Shown here: positions 28,947 to 38,301 of the stretch, piece by piece | Position numbering within the stretch: position 1 is the stretch's first letter | How the letters are laid out: the number at the start of each line of letters is the position of its first letter | Assembly (NCBI GenBank): GCA_045638945.1 | Contig: JAZUCF010000024.1 | Span: 25,055 to 89,054, forward strand | Reading direction: 5' to 3' | Source: Clostridia bacterium | Lineage (GTDB): Bacteria > Bacillota > Clostridia > UMGS1883 | DNA: 64,000 nucleotides | Notes under the pieces: generated by a model | The model's database searches: none | What the model saw: the letters and a program-made list of their open reading frames with translations, nothing else | What the model was told of the DNA's origin: nothing | Program-made: the position numbers and the translations under genes

Positions 28947-29958
28947 TGAACGCATTATTTCAAGTAGACAGCTTGACGGTGACAGCGATGCCGAATATTC
29001 CATCCGCCCGAAAACCATGGAAGAATACATCGGACAGGATAAGGTTAAAGATAGTCTGAAAATTTATATTGATGCAGCCTTGCAGCGGCACGAGGCACTT
29101 GACCATTGCCTGCTTTACGGTCCTCCGGGACTGGGTAAAACCACTTTAGCATCAATTATTGCTAATGAGATGGGCGTTAATATCCGTGTGACAAGCGGCC
29201 CTGCTATTGAAAAACCTATGGATTTGGCGGCAATTCTTACGAATTTAGGACCACAGGACGTTTTGTTTATTGACGAAATCCACCGCCTCTCCCGTGCAGT
29301 TGAGGAAATTCTGTATCCTGCAATGGAGGACTATTCTCTCGATATAATCATCGGTAAAGGTCCCAGTGCACAGTCAGTACGGCTAAGCCTGCCTCCCTTT
29401 ACATTAGTTGGTGCTACCACCCGTGCAGGGCTTCTTTCAGCACCTCTCAGGGACAGATTCGGTGTAATTTCAAGGTTAGAGCTGTATACAAAAGAAGACC
29501 TTACAACGATTGTGTCCCGAAGTGCACAGATAATGAATGTGGACATTGCACCCGAGGGTGCGGCAGAGATTGCCTCACGCTCACGAGGTACTCCCAGAAT
29601 TGCAAACAGACTGCTTCGCAGAGTGCGTGATTTTGCACAGGTTTGTGCTGACGGAAGAATTACAAAAGAGGTTGCGGATAAGGCACTTTTGATGCTTGAA
29701 ATTGATTCTTTAGGGCTTGATGCAACGGATAAGAAAATGATTACCTCCATAATTTACAGCTTTGGAGGAGGTCCGGTCGGTCTTGATACCCTTGCCGCAA
29801 CAATAGGGGAGGATTCCTCAGCGATTGAGGATGTGTATGAGCCGTACCTTCTTCAGCTTGGTTTTATTAACAGAACACCAAGGGGAAGATGTGTTACTCC
29901 GCTTGCATATAAGCATTACGGGATAGAACTTCCAAAAGGACAGATTTCCTGGGAATAA
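28936..29958 (+). CDS. ruvB: Holliday junction DNA helicase RuvB
   Basis: Walker [18 protein letters not shown], sensor motifs. Confidence 0.95.
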   Translation: MEFDERIISSRQLDGDSDAEYSIRPKTMEEYIGQDKVKDSLKIYIDAALQRHEALDHCLLYGPPGLGKTTLASIIANEMGVNIRVTSGPAIEKPMDLAAILTNLGPQDVLFIDEIHRLSRAVEEILYPAMEDYSLDIIIGKGPSAQSVRLSLPPFTLVGATTRAGLLSAPLRDRFGVISRLELYTKEDLTTIVSRSAQIMNVDIAPEGAAEIASRSRGTPRIANRLLRRVRDFAQVCADGRITKEVADKALLMLEIDSLGLDATDKKMITSIIYSFGGGPVGLDTLAATIGEDSSAIEDVYEPYLLQLGFINRTPRGRCVTPLAYKHYGIELPKGQISWE

Positions 29959-30086
29959 TTAGGAAGCGAAAAACGTGGTTCGGATAATACTTCAATGACT
30001 AATGTTACAAATTTGTTACGAATGATGAATCGAAACAGGAATTACGGCGTTTTGTGTCGAATATTGTTTCGAAAAGGGGTGAAACC

Positions 30087-31817
30087 GTGAAAAAGACAGC
30101 ATTTATAATATTTTTTGTTATGATTATGATGTTTGCCGCTTTCAGCGTCAATGCGGCAAAGATTTATTATAATGATGAGTACCATAATTACTATGCAGGT
30201 GATATACATTTAGCGGTAAACGGTAAGAGGGTAGAAAATCTCCCCATGCAGCCCGTTGTTATTAATGACTATACGATGGTTCCTGTCCGTGAGGTTTTCG
30301 AGGCGTTAGGCTGCGAAGTTATCTGGCATGACGATACCTGCCGAGTGGAAATTAAAAATAACGGCACTTCCGTATTTGTAAAAATCGGTGACAGAAACAC
30401 TGTGATAAATGATGAAATTGTACCTATTTCAGAGCCTCAACCCCTCCCGATGCTTATAGGAAACAGTCCTGAGCTTCTTAAATCCATGGTGCCTATCCGC
30501 TTTGTTGCGGAAAAATTGGGATATGATGTGTCGTGGGAAGATTCTTCGCGTACAGTCTTTGTTTCATCTCCAAATTCCCCCGATGATGAGCTTATAATTG
30601 GAGGAAGCGACGGGGAAAATAATCAGAAACCCGACGATGAAGCAGTAATGCCCGAAAAACAGGGCGAGTTTGGCACAATCAGCGTAGAGAGCGATGCTAC
30701 CTTTGATTATATCTACATTGCAACACGCTACGGCATTTCACCCACCGTTACACGCTACACTAATCCCGAGCGGATAGTTTTTGACTTTGAAAATGCCGCT
30801 TTCCCCCAAATGGGAGGAACAATAGAGGCAGACGGAAACTGCGTTGACTCCGTACGCTATGCAAACAGGGAGGGTTTTGCAAGGGTAGTTCTTGATGTGT
30901 CCTGCAAAACACAGGCGGTGATACTTTCCCACGAAAAGGGTATTCTTATAAGGGTACAAAAATCCGACAATACTCAGCTTATATACGATGCTTTCAAGCA
31001 GCAGGTTTATTTCGATAAAACATATGTCGGTACCGGGAAAAAGGTTGATAACGGCTACAGTGTGACCTTCACCAGCCTTAAGCTTCAGAATCAGAAAATA
31101 AAAATTGACGACGGAATAATCTATGAGATTATAATTACAAATTCTCCGCTCGGCTGTAACATTACAGTTGACGGAAGCAATAAGCTTTATTACACAGCGG
31201 AAAAAGGTTTTCATAAAACGGACAAGCCTGTGGAGGACAGTAAACCTACTATCGATAAGGACGGAAAGAAGGTTGTTGTAATCGATGCAGGTCACGGAGG
31301 AACAGACCCCGGTGCAGTAGGTTATGACAAAAACGGCAAGGCAGTGGCGTATGAAAGTCATATTAACCTTGCGATTGCACTTATGGTGGGAGAAAAGCTT
31401 GAGGCAAATGGGATAAACGTAATTTACACAAGAAGTAAGGACACCTATATTTCACTGGCAGAAAGGTCAGAGCTTGCAAATACGAGCGAGTGCGCCTTTT
31501 TTGTAAGCATTCATTGTAATTCCATAGAAAACGGCGAGATAAACGGAACGCAGGTGTATTATCACCCTGCTTCCGAAACGGGCACGGCTTTGGCGGAGAG
31601 TATATACGATAATATTGTTGATATGACAAATCTTGCTCCGAAAAAAACGCAGAACGGCTCGCATCTTTACGTTATCCGCACAACCACGAGCCCTGCGGTG
31701 TTGGTGGAAACTGCCTTTATCAGTAATGAAAGCGACCGTAAGTTCCTTACGAGCAAGGACGGACAGGCAAAGCTCGCCGAAGCGATAACAAAGGGTATAC
31801 TTGAAACGATAAATTAA
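30087..31817 (+). CDS. N-acetylmuramoyl-L-alanine amidase (Amidase_3) with N-terminal copper-amine-oxidase-N-like domains
   Basis: VVIDAGHGGTDPGA Zn-site motif and SIHCNS; two cuAO-N repeats (MVPVREVFEALGCEVIWHDD.., MVPIRFVAEKLGYDVSWEDS..); GTG at 30087 follows AAAGGGG. Confidence 0.8.
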   Translation: MKKTAFIIFFVMIMMFAAFSVNAAKIYYNDEYHNYYAGDIHLAVNGKRVENLPMQPVVINDYTMVPVREVFEALGCEVIWHDDTCRVEIKNNGTSVFVKIGDRNTVINDEIVPISEPQPLPMLIGNSPELLKSMVPIRFVAEKLGYDVSWEDSSRTVFVSSPNSPDDELIIGGSDGENNQKPDDEAVMPEKQGEFGTISVESDATFDYIYIATRYGISPTVTRYTNPERIVFDFENAAFPQMGGTIEADGNCVDSVRYANREGFARVVLDVSCKTQAVILSHEKGILIRVQKSDNTQLIYDAFKQQVYFDKTYVGTGKKVDNGYSVTFTSLKLQNQKIKIDDGIIYEIIITNSPLGCNITVDGSNKLYYTAEKGFHKTDKPVEDSKPTIDKDGKKVVVIDAGHGGTDPGAVGYDKNGKAVAYESHINLAIALMVGEKLEANGINVIYTRSKDTYISLAERSELANTSECAFFVSIHCNSIENGEINGTQVYYHPASETGTALAESIYDNIVDMTNLAPKKTQNGSHLYVIRTTTSPAVLVETAFISNESDRKFLTSKDGQAKLAEAITKGILETIN

Positions 31818-31831
31818 GGTTAAAAAACTAC

Positions 31832-31879
31832 AGGATATAAAAAGTGGTTGCAATTTTTCGCAACCACTTTTTATATCCT
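31832..31879. terminator. Bidirectional terminator (19-bp-arm perfect palindrome GGATATAAAAAGTGGTTGC/GCAACCACTTTTTATATCC)
   Basis: Long perfect inverted repeat between convergent genes. Confidence 0.65.
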
Positions 31880-31881
31880 TT

Positions 31882-32730
31882 TCATATTTCCGTATGTATC
31901 TGCAAATGCCTGTATTCCTTGGGGGTCATGCCGATGTTTTCTCTGAATATCTTGATGAAATATGCCGAGGAACAAAAACCGCTTCTCCATGCAATCTGAG
32001 AAATATCATATTTTGTGGTGAGCAGATAATCCTTTGCAATCTGAAGCCTGTAATAAATCAAATATTTATGAAGTGTTTTCCCTGTTTCCTCTTTGAAAAT
32101 TCTGCTTAAATGGTAAGGATGATAGTTGAAATTTTCTGCAATATCTTCATTTGTAAGATTACTGTTGGAGAAATTGTCGTGTATGTAGGAAAGAACCTCC
32201 TCGCACAGCTCCGACTGCGAATGTGAGGCGTTTTGCTTTATAAACTCCAAAAGGCACAGCTTTAGAAGTGCAGAGGAATTTTCTCTGTAGAATTGATTTT
32301 TAAAAATGAAGTTTTCCGTGCATTGTGTAAGCATCCTTTCAATTTGCGGAATTATTCGGACAATGGGCTTTGAGAGTTCTTCTAATGTATCGTAGGGAGG
32401 GAGAATACTTTTATCAAAATTTGATACAGTGGCAGTACCCATGGAGGCCTTAAGATTTTCATTTCTGTTGTCAAGGTCAAAATCCATTACAACTGCACTG
32501 CCGTTTTCCTTGAACGTGACATTGAATTTATACTCAGTTTCGGGAGGGAAGAACACGGCGGTTTTATTGAGAATGTTATGTTTTTTCCCGTTTACCGTGA
32601 CACTGCCTGTAACATTGTTAAAGAAAAATATTCGAGAGTCATAGCATTTGCTGATATCCTTCTTCGTACGAAAATACGCCTTATGTACTCTTGCATATCG
32701 TATGTGGGGATTAATATCCGAAATTTTCAT
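31882..32730 (-). CDS. AraC family transcriptional regulator
   Basis: 282 aa; cupin-like N-terminus and C-terminal AraC HTH (..ISQIAWRSGFCSSAYFIKIFRENIGMTPKEYR). Confidence 0.85.
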   Translation of the reverse strand: MKISDINPHIRYARVHKAYFRTKKDISKCYDSRIFFFNNVTGSVTVNGKKHNILNKTAVFFPPETEYKFNVTFKENGSAVVMDFDLDNRNENLKASMGTATVSNFDKSILPPYDTLEELSKPIVRIIPQIERMLTQCTENFIFKNQFYRENSSALLKLCLLEFIKQNASHSQSELCEEVLSYIHDNFSNSNLTNEDIAENFNYHPYHLSRIFKEETGKTLHKYLIYYRLQIAKDYLLTTKYDISQIAWRSGFCSSAYFIKIFRENIGMTPKEYRHLQIHTEI

Positions 32731-32841
32731 AAAAAAAGCCGCCTTTGTTTGTTTTGTTATATTTTTTGTTGTTTCTGTTATACATTATAGCAGGAAAATA
32801 TGGTATAGTCAATATGAAATATGATATCGGAGGTGGGAAGA

Positions 32842-33846
32842 ATGAAATTTGCGGTCGGGTATCAACTGTGTCAGGACAAGAGTTTTCTTGACAATATCAT
32901 ACAAAGAAAGGAATCTGTTTCCGAGGTTTATTTTTCATGGGGGGATTTTCCCAACGGAAGAAATAATCAGCTCAGAAATTCCTCTATGACACCATGGGAG
33001 GCTCAGGCTAAGCAGATTTCAGACCTTGAGGGGCTTACCAAGGAAGGAATATCACTCAATCTTCTTCTCAATGCCACCTGCTACGGAAAGGACAGCCAGT
33101 CCCGTGCTTTTTTTGAAAAGGTAGGGGAGTGCGTCGATTTCATACAGAATAAATACATATTAAATTCAGTAACCACCACATCACCTTTGATTGCTAAATT
33201 TATCAAGGAGAATTTCAAAGGCGTTGACGTGCGTGCCTCCGTCAACATGTGTATAGGAACAATTGAAGGGATGGAGTATATAGCTCACCTCTTTGACAGT
33301 TTTTATTTAAAAAGGGAGCTGAATCGCAATTTTGAAGCAATCCGCAAGCTTAAGAAATGGTGCGATAATCACGGCAAAGTACTTTATGCACTGGCTAACA
33401 GCGGATGCCTTAATAACTGCTCGGCACATACCTTTCACGATAACCTTGTATCACATGAAAGTGAAATTTCACAAATGGATAACGGATATTCTTTTAAGGG
33501 AATTTGCCACTCTTTTCTTTCCAAGGAAGAAAATATTAAGAAAATAGTAGATTACACAGGGTTTATACGTCCCGAAGATATTTATTTGTATGAGGAGTTA
33601 TTTCCTGCAATGAAGCTTGCCACAAGGGTTAATCAAGACCCAGTAAAAATCCTTCGGGCATACATAGACGATAAAAAATTTATCGGAAGCACCCTGTCCC
33701 TCTTAGAACCAAATCACACGGGAACAATAGCCCCGTATTTGCTTGAAAACAGCTTAATTAAGGCTGAAGTAACAGAAAATAATTTAAAGTATAACATAGA
33801 AAACGCATTGATAAAACTAAAGGAGGATGTATATGTTAACGAGTGA
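32842..33846 (+). CDS. Hypothetical protein, possibly a divergent peptidase-U32-family (TIM-barrel Fe-S) protein
   Basis: Weak motif parallels with the U32 protein at 26607 (EVYFSWGDFPNGRNN vs AVYIGGECFSLRTAADN; ALANSGCLNNCSAH vs GAMCVSYSGRC); GGAGGTGGG RBS; divergent from the AraC gene. Confidence 0.3.
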   Translation: MKFAVGYQLCQDKSFLDNIIQRKESVSEVYFSWGDFPNGRNNQLRNSSMTPWEAQAKQISDLEGLTKEGISLNLLLNATCYGKDSQSRAFFEKVGECVDFIQNKYILNSVTTTSPLIAKFIKENFKGVDVRASVNMCIGTIEGMEYIAHLFDSFYLKRELNRNFEAIRKLKKWCDNHGKVLYALANSGCLNNCSAHTFHDNLVSHESEISQMDNGYSFKGICHSFLSKEENIKKIVDYTGFIRPEDIYLYEELFPAMKLATRVNQDPVKILRAYIDDKKFIGSTLSLLEPNHTGTIAPYLLENSLIKAEVTENNLKYNIENALIKLKEDVYVNE

Positions 33847-34912
33847 GATGATAAAAAGAGCCGCGCTTGAAGCAGGTGCAGATGCGTGCGGTATCGGTCC
33901 TATGTCACGCTTTGAAGGTGCGCCCAAGGAAATGGACCCCAGGTATCTTTTCCCCAATGCAAAGAGTGTAATAGGCTTTGTATTCAGAATTCCAAGAGGC
34001 GTGCAGAGAGGTATTGAGGAGGGAACGCAGTTCTACCAGTACCCCTCTATGGCATATGGCGGAATCAACGAAATTTTCGCTCCCGCAGTACTCCATCATG
34101 TAGGAAGAGTCATTGAGGATGAAGGCTATGAAGCTGTTATTTACAGAAATACGGGTGCGCGAGGTGTTGTTTCAGATATGGACGGAAGCCCCGGAAACAG
34201 CCTTTCTCCCGAGGAACAGATTGAAGTTAGCAAGCACGCAAAGGGAAAGACAGCTCACCACAGAAGCGTGCAGTTTACTCGCGAAGTATCGGAGGGTAAG
34301 GTTCCCCCGGATTTGCAGTTCCAGTTCAGAATTGCGGCGGTTGCCTGCGGCCTTGGTGAAATAGGATGGAGTAAGATGCTTCTCACACCCGATTTTGGTC
34401 CTCTCCAGCGTGTGGCATTCATTTTTACCGATGCAGAGCTTGAATATGACGAAATGTACAGCGGAGAACCGCTTTGCAGAAAGTGCGGTGCCTGCGTAAG
34501 GGAATGTCCGGGAGGATGTATTCCGCCTCTTAATTCAGACAAAAAGGTAACTGTTAATCTCGCAGGAAAAATTCTTGAATGGGGCGACATTGATATGTGG
34601 CGTTGCTATGCATTTTATACACATGGCGGCAGATATTATAATCCTTTTGTTCCCAAAGAGGTTTTCGATAAAAATGAGAATGGTGCTCTTGACCTTCTTG
34701 AAGGTATCACAAATGAGGCAAACGAGAAAGAAATTATGAAGGTATACACCGCTCTTGAAAAATATTTTCCAAGTTGGGTTGGTTACAATATGGCAAAATG
34801 CGGTGGCTGTATACGAGCTTGCGTAAGCGTGCTTGAGAAGAAGGGCGGATGTATGGAAGGCAGATTCAAACAGCCCCTCAGAACCAAAAAAGCATGGAAA
34901 ATGGACAGATAA
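33833..34912 (+). CDS. QueG/reductive-dehalogenase superfamily Fe-S protein, paralog 1
   Basis: Architecture parallels epoxyqueuosine reductase: N-term A.EAGADACGIG, NAKSVIGF.., GLGEIGWSKMLLTPDFGPLQRVAFIFTDAELEYDE, 4Fe-4S motif CRKCGACVRECPGGCI, WRCYAFY, and a distal Cys cluster CGGCIRAC. Confidence 0.55.
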   Translation: MLTSEMIKRAALEAGADACGIGPMSRFEGAPKEMDPRYLFPNAKSVIGFVFRIPRGVQRGIEEGTQFYQYPSMAYGGINEIFAPAVLHHVGRVIEDEGYEAVIYRNTGARGVVSDMDGSPGNSLSPEEQIEVSKHAKGKTAHHRSVQFTREVSEGKVPPDLQFQFRIAAVACGLGEIGWSKMLLTPDFGPLQRVAFIFTDAELEYDEMYSGEPLCRKCGACVRECPGGCIPPLNSDKKVTVNLAGKILEWGDIDMWRCYAFYTHGGRYYNPFVPKEVFDKNENGALDLLEGITNEANEKEIMKVYTALEKYFPSWVGYNMAKCGGCIRACVSVLEKKGGCMEGRFKQPLRTKKAWKMDR

Positions 34913-34925
34913 GGGGGTATAGAAA

Positions 34926-35828
34926 ATGAATGCAGAATTTATAAAACAAAAGGCAAAGGAATACGGTGCTACAGTTTGTGGTATAGGTAATATTGAGCTT
35001 CTGAGAAATGAAGATAAGCATCGTAACCCTTTTTATATTCTTCCAAATGCAAAAAGTATAATCGGCTTTGGAATCAAGGTGCCGAAAGGACTTTATAATG
35101 CAATGGAAAACGAGCGTCAGTATTACAATTATACTAATTTGGGAGTTAAATATATTGATGAAACCTTTGCTGAGATTTTCCTTTTGAAAATGGGTGCTCT
35201 CATTGAAAATGAAGGATATGATGCGTGCCTTCAAAGATATATTCCCGGCTTTAAAATCAAGGGTGATAAAAGTACAAACCCTGAAGTTAACAGGATTTAT
35301 GAACTGGCACTTGCCGAAGCTGTCAAGGAGGGGAAACCCGAACCTGATGTTATTATAGACTATAACAAGGCGGCAGTTATCTGCGGTCTCGGAAGCATCG
35401 GGCTTCATAATAAGGTGATTGTTCCCAAGTATGGTACATATATGCGATTCGTTTTCATAATTACGGATATGGAGCTTGAATTTGATGAGCCTTTTAAGGA
35501 AGAGCTTTGTGACGGATGCGGAGAATGTATAAAGGCATGTCCCGGAAAGGCTGTTTCAAAAGATGGCGTTGATTCATGGCAGTGCAGCGTATACTACAGA
35601 GGTGCTCATAAATCCAATCCTTTTATTACAGACGAATTTCTGAAAGACCATCCCGAGAGAGAGGCAATTTTAAACGGAGAAAAGAGATTTGACAAGGAAA
35701 GCGCCCTTGAAATTTACGACGACCTTAAAATACTCCCCAATACACATTTCGGATACGTTCCCTGTCTTTGCGGAAAGAAATGCGAAACTGTGTGCTACAA
35801 GCATCTTAAGGAGGTGGGCAGAATATGA
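34926..35828 (+). CDS. QueG/reductive-dehalogenase superfamily Fe-S protein, paralog 2
   Basis: AKEYGATVCGIG, NAKSIIGFGIKVP, GLGSIGLHNKVIVPKYGTYMRFVFIITDMELEFDEP, CDGCGECIKACPGKAV, WQCSVYY, CLCGKKCETVCY. Confidence 0.55.
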   Translation: MNAEFIKQKAKEYGATVCGIGNIELLRNEDKHRNPFYILPNAKSIIGFGIKVPKGLYNAMENERQYYNYTNLGVKYIDETFAEIFLLKMGALIENEGYDACLQRYIPGFKIKGDKSTNPEVNRIYELALAEAVKEGKPEPDVIIDYNKAAVICGLGSIGLHNKVIVPKYGTYMRFVFIITDMELEFDEPFKEELCDGCGECIKACPGKAVSKDGVDSWQCSVYYRGAHKSNPFITDEFLKDHPEREAILNGEKRFDKESALEIYDDLKILPNTHFGYVPCLCGKKCETVCYKHLKEVGRI

Positions 35829-36805
35829 AAAACAAGATTATAGAAATTGCAAAAAAATATGATGCCGACATCGTCGGATTTGCTCCTGCGGACAGATTTT
35901 CAAAGGATGACGCAATTTTTAAAGTGTTCCCCGAAACAAAAACTGTAATCGGGCTTGGATTCAGAGTTCTTCGCGGTATTTATCGCGGAGTTGAAGAAGG
36001 AACTACATATTATCAGTATACAACAATGGGTGTTGAAAATCTTGAAGAAACAGTAATGCCTCTTGCTCTTATCAATGTAAGCAATTTTATCGAGGAGGAA
36101 GGATTTGAAGCAATTCCTCAGAGAAGAAATCAGCTTATTATGAATGAGGAAAACAGCACCAATCCCGAGGTAGATTATACAGATATCGTCCGCGGTGTCA
36201 CTGCCGAGAATCAGATTGATTTTACAGATTGTGCAGTAAAGTGCGGCCTTGGTGAAAGAAGTATGATTAATACTGTCCTCACCCCCGAATATGGACCATT
36301 CATAAGATACTGCTTTATTCTTACCGATGCCGAGATTGAGGCAACCGACATGCTTGAGCCTTCATTGTGCGATAAATGCGGAGAATGTATAAAGGCATGT
36401 CCCGGCAAGGCAATTAATGAGGAAGGATATCTTGATCCGTGGAGATGTGCCGTGTATTATAACGGCGCGAATGGAAGTAAAAATCCTTTCATGCCTCCCG
36501 AAGCGTATATAGATTTTGAAAACAGATTGGAAATAATAGCAGGTGAGGCTGATTTTGATGTAGAGCTTGCAAAAAAGATTCTTGACGCAACCTTCTTTTA
36601 TCCGCCCGCAAAGCATTTCTACCGTACATCTATTTGTGGCAGAGCCTGCGACAGAGCGTGCTATATTCATCTTGAAGAAAAGGGCGTCCTTAAAAAGAGC
36701 TTCAAGAAAAAATTCCGTGAGGGCGAGGACTGGAAATTAGATACCAAGCAGTTTGAAACTTTGAAAAGAGAAAAGCCTTGGGTTTTCACACAGGACGAAA
36801 AATAA
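35825..36805 (+). CDS. QueG/reductive-dehalogenase superfamily Fe-S protein, paralog 3
   Basis: AKKYDADIVGFAP, TKTVIGLGFRV, GLGERSMINTVLTPEYGPFIRYCFILTDAEIE, CDKCGECIKACPGKAI, WRCAVYY, CGRACDRACY; overlaps paralog 2 by 4 nt. Confidence 0.55.
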   Translation: MKNKIIEIAKKYDADIVGFAPADRFSKDDAIFKVFPETKTVIGLGFRVLRGIYRGVEEGTTYYQYTTMGVENLEETVMPLALINVSNFIEEEGFEAIPQRRNQLIMNEENSTNPEVDYTDIVRGVTAENQIDFTDCAVKCGLGERSMINTVLTPEYGPFIRYCFILTDAEIEATDMLEPSLCDKCGECIKACPGKAINEEGYLDPWRCAVYYNGANGSKNPFMPPEAYIDFENRLEIIAGEADFDVELAKKILDATFFYPPAKHFYRTSICGRACDRACYIHLEEKGVLKKSFKKKFREGEDWKLDTKQFETLKREKPWVFTQDEK

Positions 36806-36822
36806 AATAAGGAGGCATAGTT

Positions 36823-38292
36823 ATGTTTGAAAAAGTAACCCCCGAATCAGTGGGAGTGTCTTCCGAAAAAGTTCTTGAATTTATAAAAATCCTTGATGAC
36901 TGTCGGCTCAGAAATCACAGCATAATTATGGCAAAGGGAGATAAAATTTTTGCAGAATGTTATTACAAGCCCTTTAATAAAAAGTTTCTCCACAGAATGT
37001 ACAGCGTTTCAAAGAGCTTTGTTGCCATGGCGGTAGGCGTTGCTGTAACGGAAGGACTTATAAAACTTGACGATGTGATCGTAGATTATTTCCCTGAATT
37101 CAGAAACGAAAATGTTGATTCCTATCATGATGAGTGTACTATCCGTGATATGCTTTGTATGAGCAGTAACATTGGCGACCACGTAATCTGGTGGGGGAAA
37201 TATAAAAGCCGTGTAGAAGCATATTACACAAAGAAAACCAACAAAATTCCGGGTACGTTATTCTTTTATGACAGCGTAGGTTCATTCCTTTTGGGCTGTA
37301 TTATTGAGAAGCTTACGGGAAAGCCTTTCCTTGAGTATCTGAAAGAAAAAGTGCTTCTTGAAATCGGCTTTTCAAAGGAAAGCTATACCCTTACAGAACC
37401 GGGTGGATTTACAGTAGGCGACAGCGGCGTAATGTGCACCGCCCGCGACCTGCTTATATTTGCCAGATTTATTATGAAAAAGGGCGAGTGGAACGGAAAA
37501 CAGTATATCGACCGCAACTTTATGGAGGAAGCGATTAAAATTCAAACGACTAACAACCTTGCAGGCATGGCAAAGTACTATGGAAATCAGGGGTATGGAT
37601 ATCTTATATGGAAAACGCATCCCGATGGATTTTCACTTGTTGGAATGGGCGACCAGCTTGCAATATGCGACATGAAGAAGGATATTTGCTTTATAATAAC
37701 CTCCGACAATCAGGCAGATAAACCTGCAAGGCGTGTCACATATCACGAGTATTATTATCATTTTCTTCCATCGGTAAAAGATATACCCCTTGAGGAAAAT
37801 CCCACGGCACAAAGAGAACTTAAAGAATATCTTGAAAACACTACCCTGATTTGTCAATATGGGAAAAAAACTTCTCCCATTGCAGACAAGGTAAATGGCG
37901 TAAAGTATTTAATGGATGAAAATCCCCTTAACATTTCATATTTCAGGCTTGACCTTAATAAAAATGTGCTTGAGTTTGAAAAGGAAGGCAGGATTCTTAA
38001 TCTCGAATTTTCCATTAGTGAGAATAAGCTTACAAAATTTTCGTTAGGAGACCGTGCAACGGCAGATAAAATGGGATTTCGTGAAGAGGGCGAATATGAC
38101 TGTGCCAACAGCGGTGCATGGGTAGAGGAAAATCAGTTTTCCATAATGACACAGGTAATAGACACCTATTTCGGAGGACTTTACATTTCAATTGGTTTCA
38201 AGGATGACCGCGCATCCTTTGTTATGAGAAACAGCGGACAGTATGTATTTAATAATGCCGATGGATTTGCAATCGGCAAATCGGAAAAATAA
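36823..38292 (+). CDS. Beta-lactamase-fold serine hydrolase (class C/esterase-like)
   Basis: 489 aa; SxxK nucleophile motif in MYSVSKSF, no signal peptide (cytoplasmic), long C-terminal extension. Confidence 0.6.
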   Translation: MFEKVTPESVGVSSEKVLEFIKILDDCRLRNHSIIMAKGDKIFAECYYKPFNKKFLHRMYSVSKSFVAMAVGVAVTEGLIKLDDVIVDYFPEFRNENVDSYHDECTIRDMLCMSSNIGDHVIWWGKYKSRVEAYYTKKTNKIPGTLFFYDSVGSFLLGCIIEKLTGKPFLEYLKEKVLLEIGFSKESYTLTEPGGFTVGDSGVMCTARDLLIFARFIMKKGEWNGKQYIDRNFMEEAIKIQTTNNLAGMAKYYGNQGYGYLIWKTHPDGFSLVGMGDQLAICDMKKDICFIITSDNQADKPARRVTYHEYYYHFLPSVKDIPLEENPTAQRELKEYLENTTLICQYGKKTSPIADKVNGVKYLMDENPLNISYFRLDLNKNVLEFEKEGRILNLEFSISENKLTKFSLGDRATADKMGFREEGEYDCANSGAWVEENQFSIMTQVIDTYFGGLYISIGFKDDRASFVMRNSGQYVFNNADGFAIGKSEK

Positions 38293-38301
38293 GAAAGGTA
38301 G

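Noticed and set aside
29960-30086. CGAA-rich segment (AAATTTGTTACGAATGATGAATCGAAACAGG) upstream of the amidase gene, possibly a fourth copy of the 80-bp repeat family
   Set aside because: It shares only short AATTTGT / AATCG words and lacks the GAAGCGGCACGC hairpin and gene-3'-end context. More likely it contains the amidase promoter (possibly sporulation-sigma dependent, which I could not assign).
30054-30086. Longer GTG-initiated start for the amidase (MSNIVSKRGET..)
   Set aside because: There is no RBS. The GTG at 30087 is preceded by AAAGGGG at optimal spacing and begins the signal peptide.
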